Source: Oikopleura dioica
Lineage: Eukaryota > Animalia > Chordata
Length of the DNA: 64,000 nt
NCBI GenBank assembly: GCA_907165135.1
Contig: OU015566.1
Coordinates: forward strand, 8,804,001 to 8,868,000
Direction: 5' to 3'
In this document: positions 38,501 to 51,600 of the stretch, one piece after another
Numbering within the stretch: the first letter of the stretch is position 1
Layout: each line of letters opens with the position of its first letter
Notes under the pieces: model-generated
Database searches by the model: none
Told to the model about the DNA's origin: nothing
The model's input: the letters and a program-made list of their open reading frames with translations, nothing else
Translations under genes and position numbers: made by a program

Positions 38501-41500
38501 TTAACGTCCAGTTTTGGCGCTGGTTCTTGCTTTTTCGCTTCTATTGGAAGACCATTTTCTTTTGGAACTTCTTGGATCTTCTCTTGGACAGTTCCATTTA
38601 CCGTTACTTTCGCATCATCGGCAGGATTGTTGACTTCAGTTGATGGCTTCCGCGCCCGAATTTCTGCCTTAGCTTGCTCTGTTTTAGTAATTGACTTCGC
38701 CTTCTTGACTTCCTGGGGAATTCGGGTAGGTTTCAACGGCAAAACTGTTGTAGATTGCTTCTGTTTCGCTTTTTGGTAGGGCGTGAGCTTTTTCTTACTA
38801 TCCTGCTTTGATTTTGTAGAGTTGAAGATGTTTTTGAACTTGTTCATCATGTTCCCGGTCTCACTCTTACTGTCTTTTTTGAATAAGTTTCCGAATGAAA
38901 TGCCTAAAATGAAAATGTAAATACATGCCGATTTTCTCATGATAAAACCTCTATTGCTCGATTTCTTCTTGTCAGCGGGTTTTGGAGATGGTTTATTCTC
39001 GCTGTCGAGCTTTTTGAACTTGTCGAATATTTCTTTCGTGGCGTTGTTCATAGCCGGAGCCTTATCATCACTCTTTCCAAGACTCCTTCGTCGTGGATCA
39101 ACCTTTAGAAGCTGTTCAGTAAGTTGACGAGTGGAAATTTCCTCTGGTGCAGCTTCTTTAGGCTCTTGAGCGGACATTGCTGGCTTTGCTCCCTTCGCAA
39201 ATGCTCCAAGCTTGATAAGGCCTGGTTTGACGTTGGCTTTGGAGACAGGTGGAGTATTCGGCGCTTTGCTCGCGTCTCCGCGAACTGGAGTTCGAGCTTG
39301 AAAGCTTGGACCTTGTTGCTGATGAGCAGGGTGTTGAGATGAATGTTGAACTGGCGGTGGAGTAGCCTGAGCAGGTAATGATGCCTAGAAAATGCTATAA
39401 GAGAAAATAGGGAGACAAAAATGTACCGGTGGTGTATTTCGAACTTGAGGAGTCTGAGCGTCTGGTCGGTTTGATTGAGGTCTGACTTCTGGTCTAACGA
39501 GTCTAGCACGGCTTAATTTGGTATATTTAGTCCCTGATTGATGATCATTGACTTACCTTCCAGGCTTAGGTTTTGGGAAACTAGGCGTAACAAGGCGAAC
39601 CTCTTTCCCTCCAACCATTTTCGGAGTAATCATTATATTGGGCGGTGTAGATCGCATACGGATCTGGCTGGGCACTGAAACCACTGGCGGTCGCGTCATG
39701 CGGAATCCTGGGGACGATTCCATGATGACAGGTTGGTTTTGACCACCGACAACTTTGGTCCCGATCACTGTCTTGCCGTCCATGCTCGGGCCATTCATTC
39801 TCGGACTGTTCAACTGAGCCTAAATCAAACCATTTCGACGCATGTTTGAAATGATTAGTTTACCTGTGAGACTGAGGGATTAGTAGGTCTGATAAATCCT
39901 TTGAGCGGTCGAGCGTTGCCACTCAGGATCTTGGATTTCCCCTGCACGACTTTGAATTGGCCAACCGAAACCGCGTTTTTCATATTGAATCCCTTGATAG
40001 GCGTGCCTTTTACTGGCTGAGGGATAACTTCGGGTGTTGTTTCTTTCTTTAATTGAACAGGTACAGGTTCAGTTTTAGACTCAAGCGGCTTTGACTCTTT
40101 TGCTTCTTCAACTTGTTCAGCTGATTTTGATTCAACTTTGACTTGAGGTGGTGGGCGATTAGTAATGATTGCGTTAGCAGATGGTGCAGGCTTTGGCGAA
40201 GGCTTTGGAGGCTGCGTTGGGATAGGGACTTTTTTCACTGGCTCAGGAGGTGCGTCAAGATCTTCCAAGAAAGCAGCAGCATCATCCGCCTCCGTCTTTG
40301 GCTTCTCTCCGGCCTTACTGAACTCCATGTCCATACGTTTAAGGTCTGATTTGGTGGATTCAGATAGTTCAACTTTGGAACCAAGGAACTTCATCTCCTT
40401 GAGCTTGATTTCTCGATCGCATCGTAGAACTTGCTTTTTGATCTTTTCCCGGCGTATAATCAGGCAAAGCAGGTTTCTAGAGCGCTCAAGATCGGATCGG
40501 AGCTGCGTAATGCGTCTGTAACGCTGCTCAGCAGTGGCTGCTTCTGGTTCAACATCGTTGTCATTGAAAAGCTGCTGGTTGCCGCCTGCGCGTCTTCGCA
40601 ATCGCCAGTATTCGAATACCCAGTCAAGAGTATCCATGGAATAACTCGTGAGGCGATTCTTCGCATGTTCGAGTGATACAAGAGTGAAGAAGTTCTCTTC
40701 AAGAAAACGGCTAAAATGGTGTCTGAAAAATCTTAATAATGGGAAGAGTTTACCGTTCTTCGTCGACTTGTTGATCGATTGAAGTCCTACGTTTTCTAAC
40801 TTCGTCCAATTTCGTTTCCGAGTGCTTGTCGCAGTGAAGAAAAAGATTGACGCGTCCTCCCTTCGTCTCCATTTTTACTGAAAGACCAGAACGCACAGCG
40901 CAAGTGACGTGGTAGCTTTTGTAGCACTTCTTTATGTTACACTAAATGAGGCACATGAGGCACTTTATCGTAACTCTTAGAAGTTACCTGGACACACCCG
41001 ACGGTGTTGGAGCAAACTGTGCATTTTAGCGATTTCCTGGACTCAGGCAATTGCGAAATGTCAGGTTTTTCCATCCGTGCTGGATCAGTCATTGTGATCT
41101 CCGGGATCCACAGCGCACACTGGATGTGGACCCATGGAGCTGAAGTTGCAACCCGCTCCCAGCCGATCGCCCTTTTCATCGTTCCGCCGTGCTGAGAGCA
41201 CAAGTAGCATTTCGGCTTCAGGTTTTCCTAAACAAATGGATAACTGCAATAAACGAAGAGAAGGGGCTTACCTTGCATGGTTGACAAAACCAATCCTCCC
41301 CATCGTCAATCTTAAGGATTCCGTAACAATGCTGATGGACGCAGATATCGCAGCCGTCACAGAACACGAGCTCGTTGCCGTCTTCACCATTCGGACTTCG
41401 GCACACATCGCAGACCGAGTTGTCCTCCATGGATTTGACAGTTTTGTTTGAGCATTTTTGCCGAATGGTGGAATTCGCCTGCGTTTCAAACTCGTCGATA

Positions 41501-41871
41501 ATCGTCTCGAGATCGTCCTCAGTAAGTGTTGGCAAACTGGCGGCGACACGATGTTGATTAGCCCGCTCGAGCCAAGCCACATCCAAGTTATCTAGGGAAT
41601 ACCTTGGCCGTGACTTTGGCGGCTTTATCGGCGGTTGAGGGGCGGATTCCAGCTCAACAACCTACAAAAGAAGGATTAGATCGCTGAATAATGAAAGAGT
41701 TGATCTTACATGAGCTTTCTTTTGTTTGGCTTTGGCAGGTACTTGGACCCCCCTTTCCCATTCAGTCTTCCAGTTGTCGGCTAAGTAGAAAAACTGATGG
41801 CAATCAGGGAGGTCTGTGACCGTCATGGCCGAGACCAAATCTTTCCGATACACCTCATTAGGCGTACTCAT
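35600..41871 (-). CDS. JADE: JADE-family PHD finger protein (EPC-N + PZP) with very long low-complexity C-terminus
   Basis: STPNEVYRKDLVSAM...LADNWKTEWERGVQVP, PHD1 CDVCRSPNGEDGNELVFCDGCDICVHQHCYG, WVHIQCALWIPE and LDWVFEYWRLRR...ITQLRSDLERSRNLLCLIIRREKIKK. Long P/S/K/E-rich exons follow. Confidence 0.9.
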
Positions 41872-43047
41872 TTAGTGTATCAAATCACGCTTTTTCTCAT
41901 CACTAAAAAGATAAACATTAGAAGAAAGATATGAAGTGAATGTTTTAAAGGAATATGAATGCAGTATGTCAACATTTCTATGAATTTTATGGTCAGTTTC
42001 AAGGTGATTTGTAAGCTCTTCTCTGCTGGTTTTGGTTACAGAGCACACGGGGCAATAAATCAAAGTTTTTCTATGCTTGATTGGTTCTCTTTCGTGACGC
42101 GATTTACGCTTTCTTGGGATAGTTTTTCGACCAGGCTTGTTTGCCTCATTGGCCGTCCACGACAGACATTTGAGATAAACATCTTCTGCAGTGTGAAATT
42201 CAGTGAGGTGGTCAGTCAGTTTTGAGAACAGTGGAGAACGATAGATGCAGAAGTCGCATTTATTTAGCCTCGTCAGTGGACGGCAAGCGAGATCTTTCAG
42301 AATATAATCTATAATCTGATGATCTTCGAAGCAGTGAATCCTCAGGACGTCAGTCGAAGAGAACGTTACCCCGGGACAAAGGTAGCAGGTGACTTTGTTT
42401 TCCGTTGACACTGGTGGTGGGACGGATCCTCTGGCTGACTTTTTCGCGACAAGAGCGCCGCTTCTGTTTGTTTTGGCAACGGGCGTTCTAGAGCTTGATT
42501 AATACATTTGCCGTCTAGTGCATTTCTTACGCAGGCGGCAGCTGTACGAATTCAAACTCCGATTGCTCTTGTTCCACTGTCTCAGACCGCCCAACTAATG
42601 CTTCCGGAGGTAAATCTATGTTGTACACGTCCTGTTCTGGTACAACTTGCTCTTCAACCCTGGCTAAGATGTAGCTATTGTGATAGCGCGCTTCATCTTC
42701 TGCTTGTTCTGCATGGAGCAAAGTATGGGTTCGCATATCTCAATACAGCCCTGATTTCGCCCCGGAAGACGAACCCCTGCCGATCTATAGTGACGCTTCC
42801 AGAAGTCGTCGACATCTTTGTCAGCGATAAGCATCTCGCAGAGCTGGCATTTCAGCAGGACCGTACCGGGAGAAAGGTCTTCGGTTGATATCATTTCACA
42901 AGTTCTATCAGCATTTGACTGGTGCGTCTGCATATGTTCGTCGAAATCTGGCTTTTGCTTGGCGGCGAAAGAACACTCGTCTTCGGCGCGACATTTGAAA
43001 AGCGTCAAGTCAGCAAAACAACTCAATACCGCTACATCATCAGCCAT
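41872..43047 (-). CDS. Multi-C2H2 zinc-finger protein
   Basis: Several CxxC...HxxxH units (CYLCPG...HCFEDH; CDFCIY...HLTEFH; CPVCSV...HLETDH) across three ORFs joined by short introns. Confidence 0.8.
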
Positions 43048-43295
43048 ATTTGTTTTCTAAAAGCATAAAAATGATGAATAAAAATCTTTGAACCTGGCGG
43101 AAGAGCGACCATTATTTTAAATTCCCCTAGTTGGATTTTTACCAAAATCAACCTAGCACGGCGTATTTCCCAGCGAAATACGAAAAACAGAATATCAGTA
43201 TTAAAAATACTAAACCCAGTCACGGACAGAGTACGGACAGAATAATAGATAGTTATAATTTTACAGAATGTCAAATGACAAAGGAAAATTCCTTT

Positions 43296-45991
43296 TTACA
43301 GGAATGGCTCGAGATTAATCTCAAAAGCACTGACAGGATTGGGCAATTCGAAAGCCTTCAAAGTGTTGGGATGGATAACACCCATTTGTCCAATTTTTTC
43401 GTTCCACAAGTAAATATCTGCACAGACTTGAAAGTAAGTCGGCGACGATCCCTCTGAAAAGAACAAATGTCAATCTCGGTAATTATAATTTTGTGACGTA
43501 CTTTTAATATAATAACCATCTGCAGAGCCTGGTTCGCAAGGAGGAGCTTCCAGGAGTTCCATCACTCGATCCAGCAATCCATGAATAACTTCAAACCCGC
43601 TAGAATTTGAGTAGCACAGTGCTGACATGTGTCGTTCGTTTCTACAGCCGGTATGCGTCGAGTCGTCTATCAGTTAATTTTCACACAGTTTTCATTTGAT
43701 CCCAAACCTTTCAAAACTACATCAGAAATTTCAAAGAGTTTCAACGGTAGCGGGAGTTTTCTGTTGGCTTGTGTCGTTTTCAGAAGCCCAGGGAGAAGAC
43801 CTGTTCGGCAAACTTGGAACTCCGCGGTTTTAGGATTGGATACGGTGACCGCCTCAGCTGGAAGCTTGTCGAAGCCCATTTTCTCGCCGAGATCAGCGCG
43901 TGAAACAAGCGCGAATGTAAGCGCCTCGCAGAAGCCGGCAGCAGCAACGTCTACGCGCAACAAATCGCACAATTTATTGATGGGCAGCTGCTTTGCTACT
44001 GTGTTTGTTGGCGGCATGGTCATTACAAGCTATAAAATTTCATTTTATGACGAATTAATAATTAACCAGATATGTTCTTTGAAACGTACTTTTCTCAAGA
44101 CAAAATCTTTTCAAAGAAAAATCCGTTGGAAAGCGCACAATTTCCCAGAAGAATTACCCCGAGGATTATAATTGCTCAACATTCGCTATCATCATCAATC
44201 ATAAAAATCGTACCTTGTTGAAATCATAAGCCACGGCAACATCTTCCATGATATCACAGGGGTGCAAAATGTCGTGTCTCGTTGGCGGAATTCGTGAGAT
44301 AATCTTTTCGTTTTCATATCTTTAATCGAGTTGATAGAGCGCTCTCCCACTACTGCTAGATGAGGACAATTTATAAGTGATAAAAAATTAGATTGTTATT
44401 GTTTACTTTCCAGCGAGTTTCAGACTTGAAGCCATAAAGTGCGCAATTATGTGTTTGACCAAAATTACTAAGTATGAAATTGATACCTGTTATTATTAAA
44501 GTTAATTAGTTTATTATTAAAATTCTACAGATAACCTCCAAAATTACATTTTTCAACCCTTCCTTGAAACAAGCCCCATTCTGGACAACAGCTTCGCCAT
44601 AGTTTCTGCAGTAACATCTTGCGGCAGTCCAATTTGTCTTCTGATATATTCCGGGTCAACAGATTCTTCCCAGTACTTGAGCGTCGGAGTAATTTCTTTC
44701 TTTCCGTTGAAATATTCGATCTCGACGGGCTCGATTTTGAAGGGCGCAGCGCAGTATTCGGAGAACATGGTAACGATTGTATCCAAAACGATGTTTGTCT
44801 TTGCCCAGTCGGTTCCAGTTACTTCAATGAAAACGTTCTTTGTGGAAAGCGTGATTTTCGAGTGCTCGCCATTGATAATTGGAGGTAACGAGCAAATAGT
44901 TGAGTTGCTATCTAAAATCAAATATTTGCAGAAAGCCCCAATTTCCATTATTTTCCGAAGTCAAACAATCTTACCCAAAATGAGTGGGTATCGCTCCTTA
45001 TTCTTGATAATCGGCACATATTGCTTCATAAACGAGTCCTTTTCGTACATTTCCAACAATTCCGGCGCGCTCATTTCTTTCTCCTGCTTCAACGCCACGA
45101 ATTTGATTTCTTCTGGTTTTCTAGCGACGTATCTGAAAGGCCCCTTCACCGTATCTGAACAAGCATTAGTTGATATTGAATTATATTCAATTAGGTATCA
45201 CTACTAACCTAAATCGTGGGTGCCAATGGAGGAGAGTGTGCGCTGACGTGCCAAGTTCTGGTGCAATTTGTCTTGCAGGTCGATAAATGATTCATAGCTA
45301 GCCTCCGTGAAAGTAACATTTCGCAGGACTGCACCCATTACGACAGGTCGCACCGAAGCGGTCGATTCTTCGACGATGATCTTTTTTGGGTCGATCAAAT
45401 TTCATCTTTCAATTAAAAAAAATCACTTGTAGCAAATTTATGATCGCGTTCCTTCTCGACGGGGGATCCTTCGAGAGTGTACTGATCAGGAGCTTTTCCG
45501 TCGAAAATATTGATCGCCCGGCAAAGTCCTTCGATGCAAAGAATATCGTAACGGTTCGCTGGAATGTCAACTTTGAAGATCGTCTAAATTAATTATTCAG
45601 TAAAGAAAATTATTATTCTCATGAAAATTTTCATTCAATAATAGATTCGGCGTAATTAAATTTTAAAATCCACTGTGCACTACTTTTTCAAACCCTAGAA
45701 ACTTATTACATACCAGGAGAATATCCTTTATTCTGTCAGTCAGTCAGTACGAATCCCTAGGGGTTCAGATCGAACACCGATTGTCCGACTGTCTCGTTTC
45801 TTTCCCGCAGAATCTCTCGAATTCAAAAAAGAAGGAAAGAATCGAATTCTCACCTTTCCATTTTCTTCCTCGATATCGTCGAGTTCAAGTCCCAAATCGA
45901 AGAACAAGTTCTCCAGTTCTTCCTGCGTTATGCTCTTCGCTCGACCAGTTCGACGGAGAAAATCTTCTTTTTCAACTCCAATCGTCGGCAT
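43296..45991 (-). CDS. FARSB: Phenylalanyl-tRNA synthetase beta subunit
   Basis: MPTIGVEK...[24 protein letters not shown]...[64 protein letters not shown] and C-terminal GVIHP...FEINLEPFL*. Confidence 0.97.
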
Positions 45992-46369
45992 TCTGAAAAT
46001 TCATTCCTATTTACAAAACTTATAAAGCAAAGAAAAACGTCTTCGCAAGTGATAATTTCATATAAAATTACAAATATTAGACGATTTCATTTTCACTCAA
46101 ACTCAAAATAAGCCGTAAAGGAAAAGACTAAATCAGAAAAAGTATTTTTTTTTTGTTCAAAAGAAAACGCTCATATTATCAATTATCTAAGTAGTCTACG
46201 AATAATTAAAAACACATTAAGTTTAAATGAATCATATTTAAAAGTTAACTGGTCAATGGAAAGATATCTTTCCATTTCTAAAATTATAATGGCTTCTTTT
46301 TCAATCTTCTTTCAAAATCTCTAAAAAAAGTAAACCCAAAAAGACCTCAGATAGTTTTTTTCTCTAGCG

Positions 46370-46810
46370 CTTGCGCTTTTAGTGAATATCGCGCGCGATC
46401 GCCATAAAAGTTCAGCGTTGACGCTCAACTCGCGCGCGGAGCCAGCGACGTTTCGCGTGGGCGCTGGCCATTTTTAGCGTGGGCTCCTTCAGCTTTTCCC
46501 GAAAAAAAGAAAAGTTTTCACTTTGCTACTGTAAGGAAGGGGGTTGCTTTTTTGAGTCGAGCACGCGCGCACTCCTGCTTGAGCCACCAATTCATTCTTT
46601 GGGATCAGCCAATGAGAGCGCCGCGGGCAGGAGTGATGACGTCATCGCGCTGGGCGCGGCGCCGACGCGAGCCCAAAGGCACCTGATTGGCGGTTTAGGG
46701 AATAACACGCGCGCGCCCAATAGCAATTTTCTTCCCTTTCAGAAGAACTTATCATCAAATCAGAGAAATCGAAACAGCGCCTGGTTGGTGCACCAGGCGG
46801 GATTAACACG
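46370..46810. promoter_or_regulatory. CpG/GC-rich putative bidirectional promoter between divergent FARSB and BTF3
   Basis: Local GC/CpG island in AT-rich flanks. It contains CCAAT boxes (AGCCAATGA ~46608, TGATTGG ~46685, CCCAATAG ~46717), a TGACGTCA CRE (~46637) and a pyrimidine TCT-like tract TTTTCTTCCCTTTC (~46727-46740). Confidence 0.6.
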
Positions 46811-47139
46811 CGATTAAGGGGATTATAAGGGACAAGGAGGCGTTAGCTTTCAATCAGGACGCTTATAATTAGCTAAAGATCTCTGTTTTTACCGATTAAA
46901 TTATTGAAAACTCTGTGATTTATCATTTAGTTGTAGTATCCTTATTTTATAATCAAAAATATATATTTTTTCAAATCATTTTCTTGGTAAATTTAGTCTT
47001 TTTTTTCTTGAGAAAATAGCATCTGTTCCCTATCTTAAAACGAGAGCAAAAATTAGAGTGTATCTGAAAACATCATCTTAAAAAATGCATTTCTAATAAT
47101 GATTGTTGTTTTTTTTAGACTCCGGTCGGCCATCATACC

Positions 47140-47737
47140 ATGAACCCCGAGAAGCTGAAGCAGCTACAGGCCTCTGTCCGCGTCGGCGGCAAAGGAACTG
47201 CTCGAAGAAAGAAGAAGATCGTCCACAAGGCGTCTTCGACCGACGACAAGAAGCTTCAGAGCCAGCTCAAGAAACTCTCCATCAACCCCATCCCAGGAAT
47301 CGAAGAAGTTAACATGTTCAAGGAAGACGGATCCGTCCTTCACTTCCAGAACCCCAAGGTAAATTGAAACACCTTTTTACTCAAAATTAAAAATTACTTG
47401 ATTAGGTTCAAGCATCCCCCAACGCCAACACCTTCGCCATCTCCGGCAGCGCCCAGACCAAGCAGATCTCCGAGATGCTTCCCCAGATCGTGAGCCAGAT
47501 GGGCCCCGAAGGTTTCGCCTCCCTCCGCAAAATGGCGATGAAGGGCGCCGAAGCTGAAGCCGCCAAGAACGACGATGTCCCCGAACTCGAAGGCGACTTT
47601 GAGGAAGAAAGCAAAAAGGATCGGAGCTAACTTTTATTCATTATCATCAAGGGTAACAACCGACATCCTAAGTATCTAAACTCGAGATTCATTTTTAACT
47701 CCGCTGACAGGAAGAAGAAGCTGCCAAGGCTAACTAA
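47140..47737 (+). CDS. BTF3: Nascent polypeptide-associated complex beta / BTF3
   Basis: [30 protein letters not shown]...[14 protein letters not shown]...HFQNPK|[14 protein letters not shown]...[12 protein letters not shown]. The last exon EEEAAKAN* joins via a GA-AG intron (47619-47710). Confidence 0.96.
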
Positions 47738-48666
47738 GAGACTGACCGTTGAGTTGAATTCGTAACAGGCGCCGTTCAAAACTGTTCCGTTCTCTCTATC
47801 CACGCCATGTACATTATTACAGTTACCTTAGTTCAGTTCTATTTGTATCATGATGTACATCCAATGATCGTTTTTTATTGGAAATAAATGAACATCCTTT
47901 TAATGAAATTTTATATTTTAAAACTGGATTTCTGAACGGACAACAGGCAGGAGAGATTGGACTCACGTTTGTTTATTTTCGATATTATTTTCTATTTCTA
48001 ATTTGTAAAACCACCACCTGATTGCAATTGAAATAAATCGGAAACGACAATTTATTATTATCGCCGTTATCATGTCAGACTATGTTCTTGTTGATGTTCT
48101 TGCCTTATCTCTTCTGAAAGTGAGTATCACCAACGCTCGGTAAATATTTAGGTTTTTTAAAAACCGAACAACCGGTTATTAAGACTTTGAATGCCGAATT
48201 TCCGGTTTCAATAGGGGATTCAAATAAAAGTCCACTTGGGCCATCATCAGAATTTCGATCATCAAATAAAAGGCCTTCATAACAAATAATGTCGTAAACG
48301 AGCCGTATTTTTATTGAAGACATCAACCAGCTCAGGCTTTTATCTCGGCGATAGTTATCGAATGCCGTCTGAGAAACGCGTGCCTCGACCACATACGCCC
48401 TGTTTTCTCATCCCAGACTCTTTCACTTTCAGAATATTACACTCAGAGTAGGCGGCCGGCCCGGAAGGCAAATATTATTTTCAACATAGAAACCGGCGAC
48501 ATTAAGATCCGAGACTGCTTCTCCGGTGCCATTTACTGTTTTTGTCCATATTTTTAACGGCTGGTTCATTTTAACAACAACTGTTTTTAGATGTGTTAGG
48601 GAAAGTCGTTTTCGGAAGGTTTAATTTAACGAAAATACTTCGAAAAATAGATTGGGATTCCAAACG

Positions 48667-51600
48667 ATGTCACAACAAGAACAAGCCGCCGCTGAGGCCT
48701 CGGTTAACCAGCACTTTAATAACCAGACTCAGCAACAGCGAATAGCCGCGCTGCTCGAAGCCGCAGGTATTCCACCTCATGGCGTGGACGGAGCCCTGCT
48801 TCGGAATCCGGCCGTTCTAGATCATCTATCCTCGTCGGTGAACAAAGCACTGATTGATGCGAAGTTGGCGATGAACAAAGCGGACTTCGATGATAACATC
48901 CGTGGCCTTTCGTTCCCCGAGAAGTCTGACAACTCGTACACGAGTCTCAAGAAGGCCCTGCGCGCGTTAAACGCCGAGGACTACCAGGAGTACCTTGTCG
49001 AGTCGTGCACCAACGGATCCTTCGAGCTTGTCCAGCTATTGTTAGATCTGGACAACATTCCCGAGCGAATGTGCGCGGAGAAGGTCAAGGTGGTTTATCA
49101 TCAATACCACAAGGTCAACTTCCAGCGCTTCCAAGCGAACGGCGACGAGCGTGCAGCAAAGGGTGAGATGACGCCTCTGATGGAGGCCGCCTACAACGGG
49201 CACGAGGACATTGTCACGCTGCTGATCAACCACAGCGTCGACATCAACGCCAAGAGCTCGACAGGCAACACTGCGCTCATGTACGCCTGCTGCCGGGGGC
49301 ACGAGACGATCGTCCATAACTTGCTCTGCGCTGGAGCGAACACCGAAATCTTCAACGAAAATGGCCATACACCGCTGATGGAAGCAGCCTCTGGAGCCCA
49401 TGTTAACTGTGCCAAGCTTCTTGTCTGTCATGGAGCCGAGATCAACTGCGCTTCGAACGAGTTCAAGGAGTCCGCGCTTACGCTCGCCTGCTACAAGGGA
49501 AATTACGACATGGTCCGATTCCTGCTCTCTGCTGGTGCCGATCGCGAGCATAAGACCGATGAGATGCATACTGCGCTGATGGAAGCTTCGATGGATGGTC
49601 ACACTGACGTCGCCCGGCTCCTTCTCGACTCAGGATGCAATGTCAACATGCCACCGGAGTCTTTTGAATCGCCATTGACGCTCGCCGCATGTGGTGGCCA
49701 TACCGATCTCGCGAGACTGCTCATTGAACGCGGAGCGAACTTGGAGGAGGTTAACGACGAGGGCTACACAGCGCTGATGGAGGCTGCTCGAGAGGGACAC
49801 GAGAAAGTGGTGCAAGTTCTGATTGAACATGGCGCGAATGTCAACCAGCAAACGGAGGAGACACAGGAAACAGCTCTTACCTTGGCTTGCTGCGCTGGAT
49901 TCAACGAGTGCGCTCGTCTGCTTATTGAAGCCGGAGGGGACATCGAAAAAGGCGCAAGCACGCCTCTCATGGAAGCATGTCAGGAGGGCTACGACGACTT
50001 GGTTGACTTTTTGATAAGATCGGGAGCAAAGGTCACTTCTGTTGCAAACAATGGTGACACTGCTCTCGACTTGGCTGCAGAAAATGGACATAAGAAGATC
50101 TGTGAAGCATTGTTGCGCGCTGGTGCCAAGCTTGAACATCGCTCTGAAGGCGGAAGAACTCCGTTGATGAGAGCTGCTCGACAGGGGCACGAGTCCACTG
50201 TGGATTATTTGATCGAGGTCGGCGCTAATGTGAATCTGTACTCTGAAAACAACGAGCACACTGTCCTCTCGTTCGCTTGCTCTCACGGGCAACTCGGCGT
50301 TGTTCAACGATTGCTACAATCGGGTGCCAATCCGAACGCAAAACTCAAGGACAACTCTACGATGTTGATTGAGGCAGCCAAGGGTGGCCATACCCAGGTT
50401 GTTCAGCTCTTGCTTGATCCCAATCGAGCGGGAGCGCGTTATGTGTTGAATGAATACCCGATTCAGGAACAGAGGTCGGAAGAGATTAACTTCGAAGAAG
50501 TTGTCGATGTCCTGAACTCTGTGAAGGATATGATTAGTCAGCCTGGTGAAGGGGTTCTCCCACCATCGCCAATCGGTGCGGGTGATGCATCGCTTGATCA
50601 GCTTGCTGCGAATGCCAAAGGAAAGGGTCGAAAGGAGATCATTCTGATCTTATTACAGTCGATTTAAAATTGTAGAGGAACTCTTCAGGATAATTAATCA
50701 AACGAAATAGTGCTTAAAATTAATCGGAGAGATAATATTGGATATTATATGTCTGGCTATCCAAAGGTTTTCCTTTGCAATTGTAATCGTTTGCCTGTCA
50801 GTGATTGACAGTCGCAAGCTTTATATCCTTTGTAGAAGCCCAAAAGCGCCTTGAGGCACTGGAGCTCAAAATAAAAAGTGCGTTCGACCAACGTGTAGAT
50901 GGTTCGGCTACTAACCAGGAACTCCTCGCCAAGGAGATAGCGCAGGTAACTTGCGATGTTTAACTTGAATTATGTGTCGCGTCATAATACCGTAATTGTC
51001 ACGCTTTTATTAGATTTAACGCACATACAAGATATTCTCGAACAAAATAATTATATGCCAGCAGATTATTATTTTGGTACGCATGAATGGGTATTCGAAA
51101 ATAATTCTACTGGCGCCTTGTTGTGCTTAATTCAACATTTAGATTCAGAAGGAGAAGAAGCACAAGCAAAATCTCATGCGGGAGCTTCAGGACGTTGAGC
51201 GACAGATCCACCAGAAAATGCTCGACAAAGTCTCCAAGACGATTCCTAAGAGCGCCATGGAGCGACCTGCTGATGTGATCTACCCACCAGGGGATCTTCC
51301 CTCTGCGGGGATCAGCGCGATGCCCAACTGGCCTGCGACGCACCCGGACAATGTCTTCGAGGAGCACCTAAGACCTGAGGATATCCCGGTGAGCTATTAT
51401 GTAAACAAACGTGTGATTAAATTTCAATCATAGGATCTCCTCAACATCAAGGAAGAATCGGAACGGCTAAAAATTCTGTTAACTTAGGCTTTAGCGTCGA
51501 ATAAACTTTAGGCGATTTAGTAAACTTAGCCAGAATGAGTGGGGTTTCAGTCCAGAGGAGTTGAACGAGATAATGAAGCATATCCAAGTTCTGGGCCCGG

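Larger units (their letters stand above)
35600..45994 (-). other. Candidate operon FARSB-ZnF-JADE
   Basis: Co-directional genes with gaps of 248 and 0 nt. Unpaired acceptors lie 1 nt (45993-94), 9 nt (43057-58) and 31 nt (41903-04) before the ATGs. Confidence 0.55.

Noticed and set aside
49042-50307. Long minus-strand ORFs (186 and 225 aa) over the ankyrin gene, and similar ORFs opposite JADE, MASK and the 4131 gene
   Set aside because: These are antisense or alternate-frame shadows of GC-richer coding exons with no recognisable motifs.
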